DNA from: Babesia bigemina
Lineage: Eukaryota
Assembly (NCBI RefSeq): GCF_000981445.1
Contig: NC_027218.1
Location: 3,348,001 to 3,412,000 of the forward strand
DNA length: 64,000 nt
Direction: 5' to 3'
Shown here: piece after piece, positions 1 to 10,022 of the stretch
How the letters are laid out: every line of letters begins with the position of its first letter
Position numbering within the stretch: the first letter of the stretch is position 1
Made by a program: the position numbers and the translations under genes
The notes under the pieces: generated by a model
The model's database searches: none
The model's input: only the letters and a program-made list of their open reading frames with translations
Told to the model about the DNA's origin: nothing

Positions 1-474
1 AGGACGTTGCTGCTAGTGGCTCCATAGAGGTTAACGTCTCCCAGATGATACCCGGCGATCAGATCACCGTCAAGTGGAGGGCGAAGCCCGTATTTATCAA
101 GAGGCGTACGCGTGAAGAAATTGAGCGTTCTAGGTACGAAAACATCGTATTAAGTTATATCAAACCGTGCAGGAAGGACGATGAGATCGTCGACTCCATG
201 AGGGATCCTGAACTGGATTCGGAAAGAAACGTGAACCCAGAGTGGCTCGTCAACATCGGTATATGCACACATCTGGGTTGTGTTCCTACCAAAGGAGGCA
301 ACTACGGTGGTTACTTCTGCCCATGCCACGGATCGCACTACGATGCCTCGGGTGAGTTTCACGTGGACAAGCTACAATAGTTTTGCAGGCCGAATTAGAC
401 AAGGACCCGCTCCATCAAACCTTGAAGTGCCACCCTACAAATTCATCGACGAAAACACAATCAAACTAGGGTGA
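1..474 (+). CDS. UQCRFS1: Cytochrome bc1 Rieske iron-sulfur subunit, 3' part (5'-truncated by window). Exons <1-133, 173-351, 389-474
   Basis: Rieske motifs CTHLGC and CPCHGSHYD, plus KWR.KPVFI and [21 protein letters not shown] introns at 134-172 (39 nt) and 352-388 (37 nt) join the two ORF-track pieces. Confidence 0.95.
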
Positions 475-540
475 AACACGTAATTTAGTACGCAATCTTT
501 ATAAGCATCATCTGTCAACTGCGGCGGCGTGCATGATACG

Positions 541-1430
541 TTATTCGCTGGGAGTACTGACATCGCTGACAGGGGTGGCAAGTCTGCTGGCCGCGTTGGA
601 AAACTCTTTCCTTATATCGCAGTAAATTTAGTTGTAATTCTGCTCTAAACCATATCCTTCACTGCCTCCAACTGATTGTCAACGGCTTAGGCGGCGTCTC
701 CATCTTTGCCGGTGGTTAGGATTGTGTTAATTGCATAGCCAAGCTTGCAGCGAAATTTTTGAGTCACCTTAAGGGCATCATCTACCTTGGCTGCAATAAT
801 GATTTCGGAGATGGCAGGGCTATAGTTTGGGAGAGGAGAAGTCGAATCTCCTTCGCAACCTAGTTGGCTGTGGCTAGTAGCGCAATGGAGTTTAGTGGCT
901 TTACGGATTTGTCTTTGTTACCATACTTTGCAATCATACTGGATATCTCCGCTGTAAGCGCGACAATCTACACGTGGATCTCCTTAAATTTTTTGCCAAG
1001 CCCATTTACAAATGCCTCACAGACTCTTTTGATGGCCACACTGATTTGGGGTCATCCTGCTGGCGCCATCAGTTGCTTGAATCTTTAAGCTTAGTCTAGA
1101 TGTGCTCACCAGAACGTCTGTACAATATCAATATGCGTCTAGCCCTTAATTGTGCCTTGCGTACCCGCAAGATCATTCAGCGCCACATTGACCACCTCAA
1201 GAGCATACAACGCTGTACAAAGTAGCACTTTATATAGATAGTCGCCATCCATATGGTTATTCAGAGTCAACATTGCCTTTGAAAATTCCCAAATCCTCTT
1301 TCAGTGTCACCCAAACTTGGAAACCCATGCGCTGAATTTGTCCCAACCCCTATCCTCAATATTATCTGTCATTGCCTTTAAATACCGCTTTAGCGCAATG
1401 TCCATTTTTACCATAGCCTCTAACGTCACA
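541..1430 (-). pseudogene. Degenerate fragment of a large ves-like coiled-coil gene
   Basis: Manual minus-strand translation gives LEAMVKMDIALKRYLKAM (cf. ALTQVKEMDGKLKEDL in 49241..55243) and AAKVDDALKVTQKF...AA*AVDNQLEAVK (cf. KKVDDALGVATNL in 56332..62028), with several in-frame stops. Boundaries approximate. Confidence 0.5.
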
Positions 1431-2929
1431 CACAGCTAATTCCCAACTTGCTCCGTAGCCCTCGGCGCCACCACATACGGGGTCATCCTCTTTGCCATAC
1501 ACCTACAGAATTACTATGCCAAGTGATGAATAGCTCGTATCTCGTCATTCCTTTGGTAATTAGACACTTTGATCGTCCTTGTCTCTGTTGGACCTATCTT
1601 AAATTCTGTCGGCAGGAAGCAGCCTACCCATATGTTATAACCTCGCAATTGCAGTAATAAAGTTCTAGGACGTGTTCTCGTATTGTAATCCCGTTTATGA
1701 AGTTTGTACTATGTATGATGTGTGATTGTAAGAGTTGTGGAGAATGTTGTCGCAACAACTATGTTGTGCTACCGGAATGCGAGGGATGTTATATCGCCGT
1801 CTGTAAATACTCTTACGAGTTAAGAGTTTGCCAATGAAATATACATATAATAATCCATAACACCTATCACGTAGCAGGAGATTTTGAAACTCCACCAATG
1901 TAGATAATCAAATACTGTGGCGGTGGTTGACCACATTCGAATATCCGTTCTAGTATGTACTGGGATAGCTTTATGTGCTCCTTATATATTCTCAGAATGC
2001 GACACACAATGTTACAGAACGCTACAGTGTGTCGTATCGACATTCTCGAGATGCCGGTTTCTAGGTGTCCTTCGACTTATGCGCATAGCCTACAGCAAAA
2101 TGTGATACGGAAGCTAAAAGTATGGAATATCTCATAATAGGAGGTTATGTGTCAATGAAGCGACTGAACTCCGACATATAGAGTTACTGACGAAATCCAG
2201 AAAACTAGGTTATACAGCCTTCATTTCATCATCGAAGTCCCACCTCACCAGGGTTATGACATGAGGCTTAGTATTAGAATGCATTAAGGGTAAACATCAT
2301 GACGACGTCATCGATGCTTCTTTCGCATGAGACTGGTAGTAATGGTTCACATAGTTCGACACTGCAAATCATGTAGCCGTGTCATCCCTGCTGTTAGCTT
2401 GGGTGCTGGTTGCCTGGGTGTTCACGAAACACTGAAGAGGTGCAGCTCTGAGGACTCACCTTACGAGGGTAGGATACCTACGTCGTCTAATACCCATAAT
2501 CAGCGTGGATAACGCCATCATCCCACCATTCGCCACCCTCACTCCAGCATGGATGCCTTGGCTTTTCCCCCCCCTCCTCAGGTGTGTTGTGTGTCTATAA
2601 GAATCTTGTGATGGGTAATGGATTTTGCAATTTGGTTTTGGTGTGTCATTGTCTTAGTATTATGCGTATTGGTGTTATTCAGCGTCTTACTTCATAGCCC
2701 TTCCACCCAGCACACTTAGTTGTCTACCATGATGTATTAAGCGGTGTCACCTTAGAGGTGTGATCACTGTAGTGTTTCCCAGTTCACATAGTTCTGGAGG
2801 CTAGCAGTGGTGTTTTGTAGGAGTGGGTTAGAGGAGTGATCGCTCTAGTGTTTCCCAGTTCACATAGTCCTGGAGGCTGGACGTGGAGTTTTGTAAGGGT
2901 GGATTAGTAGATGATTGGAAGTGGACAGG

Positions 2930-5900
2930 ATGGCGGCAATAAACCTTAACACTCTCAAAGAGTGCCTTCAGTTTCTGGAGTGGCTGAAAGGTCGTAAATG
3001 GGCTGATCTGAGAACGCGGCTGGCTGGTAGACTGGCGAGACTTCTCGACAAAAAGTATGAAGGTGTTGATCATAAGCAAATTGAATCATCTTTATCCATA
3101 TTTCTCGGTCACGTGTCAACGTTTCATCATAAATTATGCAATAGAGCAGGTCAGAGTAATATTAATAGATTTACCGCGAAAGACGCCCTAGAGGCTCTCC
3201 TGCAGTGTATCCCCAAATTGCTTTCCGTGATATACTTTTTACAATATCATGTGGATAAGAGATTCTCTAAAGTTGGCGGCGGGGATTGGGAAGGAGAGCA
3301 GGTTGGAAGGATTGCATGGTTCTCTACATATGGTCCTGATTTCGTGAAACGAATGAAATCCAGTGCTGGTCCAATTGATAAATATCTCATTGAATCTTCC
3401 GGTTCAGAATACGGTGTCATACCTGGAGGATTCGATGCAAGCGATCTAAAGCAACTTGGTCACGGTGGCTATTCCGAGGGCCGTCTCATGACTAAGGACC
3501 TTGTAAATATTTTCGACAAAGATGTCAATCGTAATAATCTCTTCCGCGATGTTTTCGTCACTTCTGCAGTGTCCAAAAACCCGTCTGTTGAAAAGGCGAA
3601 TATAGCCAATGCTCTTCGTTTGGTGGAAGACTTTTGTGGTATTTTCAAAAATTCGAAGAATGCGGAAGATTTCAAAAGTCACTTAGAATCGAGAGGCAGT
3701 TGCATCAATTGGGATGATTTAAAACAGCATTGCTCAACACTGAAAGATAAATTCAGCAAGCTTTTTACAAATAACCGGTTCTCCTTCACAGGCTATGGGC
3801 GAACATATGAATTCCTTGACAAATCCATGGATAAAAAAATGGCAAAGTGGCTTAAAAATAACTTGAATGCAATGCGAAACCAATTGGGGGGAGTAGGTGG
3901 CAGGTTGGATGTCAAAACATTTGTCGACACATATCTTATACCGTACGGATTCACATTTAATGGCTATAAAGTAGGAACGGGAAGAGATAATTATCAGGCG
4001 CTGAAAAAAGATTGGGATGCTGTAATTGGTGAACTCAAGAAAGACAATGGGGGGTTGCAAAAGTTGAAACAGCTTTTAGATGGTACCCTGTGTCCAAATA
4101 GAAAAAAGGATAAGCAGCCTAAGACTGACTCTGAGCCTAAGCCTGGGCCTGAGCTTATAGATGAGGATGACGATGAAGATGAGGATGAAGATGAGGAGGA
4201 GCCTTGGGATGACAATCTTGTGTATGAAGATACTGGATTAGAGGCTGAAAATGCTGCTCCCATTAAACCCAAAGCGGAAGCTCCGCCTGCCAAGGTCCCC
4301 GAAATTAAGAAATCCGACGGAACTCCAAACCAGGGCAAGAAAGTGGAGGGAGCACAGAACCAGGGCAAGAAGGCGGAGGGAGCACAGAACCAGGGCAAGA
4401 AGGCGGAGGGAGATACAAGTCAAAATGGTCAGAGTGAAGCAAAGTCTCCTAGTTCACGAGTTTCACAGGTGGTACAAACTCAGCCTTCAAGTAATTCAAG
4501 TGCAGACTCTGAGCCACCCGGTGCCCCTGGTCCCGGTAGTGGTCAGGGCCCGGGTGACCAGGCGGCTACCTCCGGCGCTAGTCAACAGAGTGGTAGAGAG
4601 GGCCAGACAAGTAGTGGCGGCGATGCTATATCGTCCACTAACGATGGTGTGGGTGGCGGTGGGATGGATGGGTGGAAGGCAGGCATAGGGGTTCACGCTC
4701 CACCTGATCAGAAAATTACACAAACATGCCCATTAGGTTTGACACAAAAAGTAGAGAATGGTAAAACACACTGTTATCCACCAAATCACAAGCGCATCAC
4801 GCCCAACTATGAATTTAATTACACAGCTGATCAATTGTGGAATAACTACATAAAACGGGAATACTCCCCCAAATCACCTACAAATCTGCAAACCAAGCAT
4901 TATTCCATCGGTGGCTCTCAACCCAGCCATACTGCTCCCGCACCTTCCGGTCAGAATACCGGTGGCCGCAATGGTCATAGGCGTGATTACTATGAACCAG
5001 AATGGCGACACAGGCAACAGGGTAGCGACTTACCGCCCTCTGTTCCTCTGCTTGCACCTCTCGATGGACATCCAGTTATCGAGAGCACTCCGGACCCTAA
5101 TGAAAAAGATAGGGAGGATAAATTTTTGAAAGCTACGCAAGACATTTTGGGCGACCATATAACGAGAAAAGAAAAATGGGATGAGAAGCAACAGCAAGAC
5201 AATGAAAAAATTAAACAAGATAGAGAAGCTGCAGAAAATAAATATAAGTCGGAGGCAAGAACACAAGAAATCATTCAACGCATCCAAGAACGGAATGAAA
5301 AGAGAAAGCAGACAGCCCAGGATCTTGACAAAAGGTACGAAAAAACCAGAGAAGAAATCTGGGAAATTCAAAAGCAGAAAAACTTGGCATATATAGAAAC
5401 CGGCGCAGATGAAGATACCCAAACGAGATTACAGCAAGAACGATCAGAGCAAAATAAGACATCAGAGCAGCAAAACATTAGTGCGTATCCCCCAACATTC
5501 ACACCCTCCACCATTCCAAGGCAGCCCAGCCGTCCTGCTCCCGCACCTTCCGGTCAGAATACCGGTGGCCGTAATAGTAATGGACGTGGTTACTATGAAT
5601 TAGGAGAGTGGCGACCAAGACATGAGGTTAGTAGTGCTACAAATATGTTGCCTTCCGATTTCATTGCGTTTGCCATCCCGGACACGTCTTCTAAGCGGCT
5701 AGAAAAGGAAAAACAAAAAAGGGCGGAATCCGATAAACAACGTTTAAAATTGAGAAGGCAAACAGAGGAAAAGAAATTTTCAGATAAACAGCAAGAAGCA
5801 TGGATGAAAGAAGCTGTGGAACTAGAAAAGGCGGACGATAGATTGAAGCAAGGTCTGAGAGACCATCTTCTTACTGGTGGCCAGCTTAAGAATCCAAATG

Positions 5901-7558
5901 CAGATTTCGTGTTGGTATCAGGAGCTCCGATTGAACCTCCACAATCTGTTCTATTGGAAGGGATGGTTTTGAAGGATAATAGTAACCCTACCGCAAAGTG
6001 GCAACATGACGCATATAAGCAGTATTTTGCAAGATATCCCGAAGTAATGGGTACCATCATACCTGCTCCCATGACGGAGCGTGCTCCACACCTGTCACCA
6101 TTAGATGCTATGCCAACTGGTAACCCTATAATCCACCCAAAAAGTTCGAGTGCATCAGCGTTTCGAAATACTCAAGCCGATAAACCGTCTATGACACCTA
6201 ATCGCATGCATCCAACAGGAATCGCTGCTCGACAAAACAAACATTCTGTTCTTGCCTATGCCCCCCTTTCGCCCACAACTGAATCGATAGATGACTTGTC
6301 CACGGCCAGGTTTTTGAGTGTCTCCGGCAGAAGTCTGACAAAATCATCAAAAGCCGATGCCAAGGCTCCCGTGTTACAGGAGATAGATCCACCAGTTCCA
6401 CAATCCATGTTTGTCGGATCCCCCGTCCCAGACGCCGAATTGCCATCATCACCTATTCCCCGAGCAACGTTCCTCACTGAGCCACAACCAACCATGGGAT
6501 TCCAAATAGAATTCCCAAAACGCACTGTACGCAAAGTCGAGCCCGAAATAGGTCTTTCCATAGAGGTAGCTCACCATGGCGATCGCACTTTTAACGACGT
6601 GGACCTAGATGACCCTTACGCCAACACGGCCGATATCCTTAAAGACGAATTGAAGCCTTCAGACGACAAAGTCTCTTCAGGCCTGCCTAAAAACAATTTT
6701 GATCTGGACTTTGCGCCGGAACGTATCGGACTTGAGGGGTACGATGATCCCGGGATGCCACGTGACACTCCAAGGAAGGCAGATGAACGCGTAATTAACC
6801 CATTTAGCACAAATGAATGTCTCAACCCTTGGTCCGTTGACACTTCTACAACTGATATAATCACTCCACCTGCCTCGCCTCCCCCACTCACCGACCATCT
6901 GCCCCCGCCTCGAACCGTACGGGAAATGCTCTACTGGCTGGTCGGCTTTAATCAATTAGGGTATATCGGAGTGATTACTGAGAATGTTAATAGTCTTTTT
7001 AAAGATCTTAAAAGTGATGCCATCGAAGTCACCGGGGATCCCATCACCCTGACCGCCTCCATGGTCACCACCAAACTGACCGAGGCGTGTCTCTACTCAG
7101 CCACCGTTATCTACAAGATAAAGCATAACAATGATTTCGAAGCCTTTGCTACCTTCGACTTCAAATCAGTATATAGTCAGTTCCGTTATTCCACCGACCC
7201 CGCCGGGCTCCTCTGCCAGCTGCGTGACTACGTGTACGCCTGCCACCACCAGTTGGGGTTCCTCAAGTCGCAGTGTTCACGCAATGAGTTACATGGTGGT
7301 TGGCAAGATTGTAAGTACGGCAGTGACATCACTGCTTCTAACTCCCCCCTCCAGGCGTTCCTGACCGACGACTGGGACTCCACCTTTGAGACTCACCCCT
7401 TCGACCCGTGCAACCTGTGCCTCAACAGCAGGGTCAGGATGGGATTCAGGGATGAAGACTTACCGAGTAGTCAACAAACAGGCAACACCCTTTCCTCCAT
7501 CCTCACTCCCAGCTGCGGCGGTGAGGGCCATGATGCGCTACTCGGCACAAAATGGTAA
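2930..7558 (+). CDS. Large ves-related low-complexity protein (N-terminal globular domain, acidic run, QNQGKKAEGA repeats, G/S/P-rich and charged coiled-coil middle, VESA-like C-terminal domain without TM)
   Basis: 1547-aa ORF with first ATG at 2930. N-terminus has LKECLQFLEWL. C-terminal PPPRTVREMLYWLVG...GWQDCKYG...SPLQAFL resembles the PCSVY.ML.W..G / GW.DC.YG / SPL..FL blocks of the minus-strand ves-like genes. Paralog at 16125-19305. Confidence 0.8.
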   Translation: MAAINLNTLKECLQFLEWLKGRKWADLRTRLAGRLARLLDKKYEGVDHKQIESSLSIFLGHVSTFHHKLCNRAGQSNINRFTAKDALEALLQCIPKLLSVIYFLQYHVDKRFSKVGGGDWEGEQVGRIAWFSTYGPDFVKRMKSSAGPIDKYLIESSGSEYGVIPGGFDASDLKQLGHGGYSEGRLMTKDLVNIFDKDVNRNNLFRDVFVTSAVSKNPSVEKANIANALRLVEDFCGIFKNSKNAEDFKSHLESRGSCINWDDLKQHCSTLKDKFSKLFTNNRFSFTGYGRTYEFLDKSMDKKMAKWLKNNLNAMRNQLGGVGGRLDVKTFVDTYLIPYGFTFNGYKVGTGRDNYQALKKDWDAVIGELKKDNGGLQKLKQLLDGTLCPNRKKDKQPKTDSEPKPGPELIDEDDDEDEDEDEEEPWDDNLVYEDTGLEAENAAPIKPKAEAPPAKVPEIKKSDGTPNQGKKVEGAQNQGKKAEGAQNQGKKAEGDTSQNGQSEAKSPSSRVSQVVQTQPSSNSSADSEPPGAPGPGSGQGPGDQAATSGASQQSGREGQTSSGGDAISSTNDGVGGGGMDGWKAGIGVHAPPDQKITQTCPLGLTQKVENGKTHCYPPNHKRITPNYEFNYTADQLWNNYIKREYSPKSPTNLQTKHYSIGGSQPSHTAPAPSGQNTGGRNGHRRDYYEPEWRHRQQGSDLPPSVPLLAPLDGHPVIESTPDPNEKDREDKFLKATQDILGDHITRKEKWDEKQQQDNEKIKQDREAAENKYKSEARTQEIIQRIQERNEKRKQTAQDLDKRYEKTREEIWEIQKQKNLAYIETGADEDTQTRLQQERSEQNKTSEQQNISAYPPTFTPSTIPRQPSRPAPAPSGQNTGGRNSNGRGYYELGEWRPRHEVSSATNMLPSDFIAFAIPDTSSKRLEKEKQKRAESDKQRLKLRRQTEEKKFSDKQQEAWMKEAVELEKADDRLKQGLRDHLLTGGQLKNPNADFVLVSGAPIEPPQSVLLEGMVLKDNSNPTAKWQHDAYKQYFARYPEVMGTIIPAPMTERAPHLSPLDAMPTGNPIIHPKSSSASAFRNTQADKPSMTPNRMHPTGIAARQNKHSVLAYAPLSPTTESIDDLSTARFLSVSGRSLTKSSKADAKAPVLQEIDPPVPQSMFVGSPVPDAELPSSPIPRATFLTEPQPTMGFQIEFPKRTVRKVEPEIGLSIEVAHHGDRTFNDVDLDDPYANTADILKDELKPSDDKVSSGLPKNNFDLDFAPERIGLEGYDDPGMPRDTPRKADERVINPFSTNECLNPWSVDTSTTDIITPPASPPPLTDHLPPPRTVREMLYWLVGFNQLGYIGVITENVNSLFKDLKSDAIEVTGDPITLTASMVTTKLTEACLYSATVIYKIKHNNDFEAFATFDFKSVYSQFRYSTDPAGLLCQLRDYVYACHHQLGFLKSQCSRNELHGGWQDCKYGSDITASNSPLQAFLTDDWDSTFETHPFDPCNLCLNSRVRMGFRDEDLPSSQQTGNTLSSILTPSCGGEGHDALLGTKW

Positions 7559-7810
7559 TCATCGCTTTAAGCGGTGATATGATCCTTTGTCGTACAGTAT
7601 TGATTAAATGTATTAGAGCATGGTTTTAAGTGTCATGGTGTACAGGAAAATTATGAAGCTGCAATTACCGCATCGCAAGACCACTGGTTATACAACGGGC
7701 TCGATGTAACAATATGCAGATAAATTGTGTTTGTTAATGGAAGTCATCACATTGATATTAGAGGTTACATGGCTACAGTAACACTATGTGGGCTGGGTGA
7801 TGATTGGAGA

Positions 7811-8014
7811 TTAGTTGAGTGAAGGCTTGGAACCACGGAACCCGTCGCGTATTTCGGCGAAAATTGTACCAAGACTTTTGTTATAGAATATACCGAGGAT
7901 ATAGAGGACCAAGACTGCGAGGGCGGGGAATGCAACAACGCCGATGGCAATACTACCGCCCACACATATAGCGCAGTCTCCCTTAGAACAAGAATTATTA
8001 CACAGCCTCACCAT
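7811..8014 (-). CDS. Small single-TM protein (67 aa)
   Basis: Hydrophobic segment IAIGVVAFPALAVLVLYILGIF. Start context GGGAAG-ATG is shared with the Cys-rich genes. Paralog at 19573-19752 shares the SLG..FA.IRDGFR.SKP motif. Confidence 0.6.
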   Translation of the reverse strand: MVRLCNNSCSKGDCAICVGGSIAIGVVAFPALAVLVLYILGIFYNKSLGTIFAEIRDGFRGSKPSLN

Positions 8015-8616
8015 CTTCCCCTAACTTCCTCGACAAACAACTCTGCACAGTAATGATTCACGCTTCTCAGCCAACTGACGATATACAATGCCAATACCCC
8101 ACCCCTATCATGCCATCCACCTTTTACTGGGGTGACCGTCAATCTAGACATCACAACGCTGACACGACATTAACAAACCCTCCCGCATGCATTCATAAGA
8201 CATGTTTAGGTTGTAATTTAGTAATACGGCAATTAACATTGTAGTCTCTACGAGAAGCGCCAAGTCTGCCGGACATCTGCTTTGTTCTACACTGGTTGTT
8301 CTGATATCTGACCAGCTGACCCAAATTGCGTGCTTGATGTTTATTATCAGCACAATGCTGCCACTTAGCACGCCACTATACAGCACCTCTCATTCACATG
8401 CCACTTGCTAACCTAACAGATAGCCCATCACGTCACATGTTGCATAACTCATCACGTGACCACCTGGACTACCACTTGATCAAACCACATTCCTCTCGAG
8501 GTGAGGTCACCAACCCCAACAAATTAACTAGCACGGAGCCATGTCAGCACATTTGCGTAAACTAAATGCTTGCCGGTTAGGTGAGGATATACTCAAGCAG
8601 AGGGATTGGCGGTGCC

Positions 8617-8799
8617 TTAGGCGCAGATTTTGCATCCGTTCTCAAACTCCTTATTGCAAGCACCATCGTCTGCGTGTTTACGATGCATAAGCCACAAGCC
8701 ATCAATCAATATGAAAATGATGATGGCGACGATGATGGCAACGATGACGGCGGCGATGGCGGAGTACGGAGGGGAGGGAGTAGTCACCTCACTGATCAT
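8617..8799 (-). other. Orphan TM + cytoplasmic-tail cassette (tail type C), possibly a short CDS
   Basis: PYSAIAAVIVAIIVAIIIFILIDGLWLMHRK..., preceded by the conserved linker also found before the other cassettes. Confidence 0.55.
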
Positions 8800-8874
8800 C
8801 TGATTGATCATCAGCGCAATGCTTACGTAGTCTAGCACATTAGATGTCAGTTGCCAGTTAGGTGATTGTTGTTA

Positions 8875-9351
8875 TTAGCTGCGCAGTAGATACCGCACCC
8901 TGTGGAACGGCCGGATGCGGAAGTAGATCATGACGCAGATGACGACAATGACGAGGGTGACGGGGACGATGATGTAAGGGATGACGGCGGGGGATGATGA
9001 ATTAGGGGAGCTGGCTGAAAGCTCTCGACCGGAGCTGTGCTGCTCTACACGGGGAAGAGAGGCGGCATGGGAGGAAGTAGAGGAAAAACCGGCACGCTGT
9101 AGACTGTTGGACGAAACAGAACTGGAAGCAGTTGATCCTCTTTTGAGACCACAATAACATGAACACGTGCGTTTCTTACACTCTTGACATCCATCGGGAT
9201 GGCAATTCCCTCCTCCCCCACTGCGCTCTCGATAGAACTTCATACAGAAATAACACCTCGTTCTAGTGCATCCTGCACAAGACACGTAACAGCAATAACA
9301 GTCACGCTCCGTACAGCTTTTGTTACACTTACAGTCCAACAGTCCACTCAT
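8875..9351 (-). CDS. Small Cys-rich single-TM protein, tail type A
   Basis: Cys-rich N-terminus, Ser/Pro stalk, TM PYIIVPVTLVIVVICVMIYF, tail RIRPFHRVRYLLRS. Three paralogs in window. Confidence 0.8.
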   Translation of the reverse strand: MSGLLDCKCNKSCTERDCYCCYVSCAGCTRTRCYFCMKFYRERSGGGGNCHPDGCQECKKRTCSCYCGLKRGSTASSSVSSNSLQRAGFSSTSSHAASLPRVEQHSSGRELSASSPNSSSPAVIPYIIVPVTLVIVVICVMIYFRIRPFHRVRYLLRS

Positions 9352-9359
9352 CTTCCCCT

Positions 9360-10022
9360 GTCCCTCCCAGTCCCCTCAGCCTGCAAACATATCAATCACC
9401 TAAGCAGCACTCACCAACTGCAACACTACCACTGCCGCTCCCACTCCCCTCAACCTGCAAACATGTCAATCACCTAAGCAACGCACTCACCAACTGCAAC
9501 ACTACCACTGCCGCTCCCAGTCCCCTCAACCTGCAAACTATCAATCACTTAAGCAACGAAGTCACCAACTGCAACACTACCACTGCCGCTCCCAGTCCCC
9601 TCAACCTGCAAACTATCAATCACTTAAGCAACGAAGTCACCAACTGCAACACTACCACTGCCGCTCCCACTCCCCTCAACCTGCAAACATGTCAATCACC
9701 TAAGCAACGCACTCACCAACTGCAACACTACCACTGCCGCTCCCAGTCCCCTCAACCTGCAAACTATCAATCACTTAAGCAACGAAGTCACCAACTGCAA
9801 CACTACCACTGCCGCTCCCACTCCCCTCAACCTGCAAACATGTCAATCACCTAAGCAACGCACTCACCAACTGCAACACTACCACTGCCGCTCCCAGTCC
9901 CCTCAACCTGCAAACTATCAATCACTTAAGCAACGAAGTCACCAACTGCAACACTACCACTGCCGCTCCCACTCCCCTCAACCTGCAAACTATCAATCAC
10001 TTAAGCAACGAAGTCACCAACC
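9360..10022 (-). repeat. 75/76-bp tandem array = intron + mini-exon units (9 putative introns)
   Basis: Minus-strand unit GTGAGT/GTGACT...TTTGCAG (34-36 nt) plus a 40-nt spacer. Confidence 0.9.

Noticed and set aside
1448..2512. Short ORFs between the ves-like remnant and the 2930 gene
   Set aside because: 60-70 aa, no motifs, no paralogs in the window.
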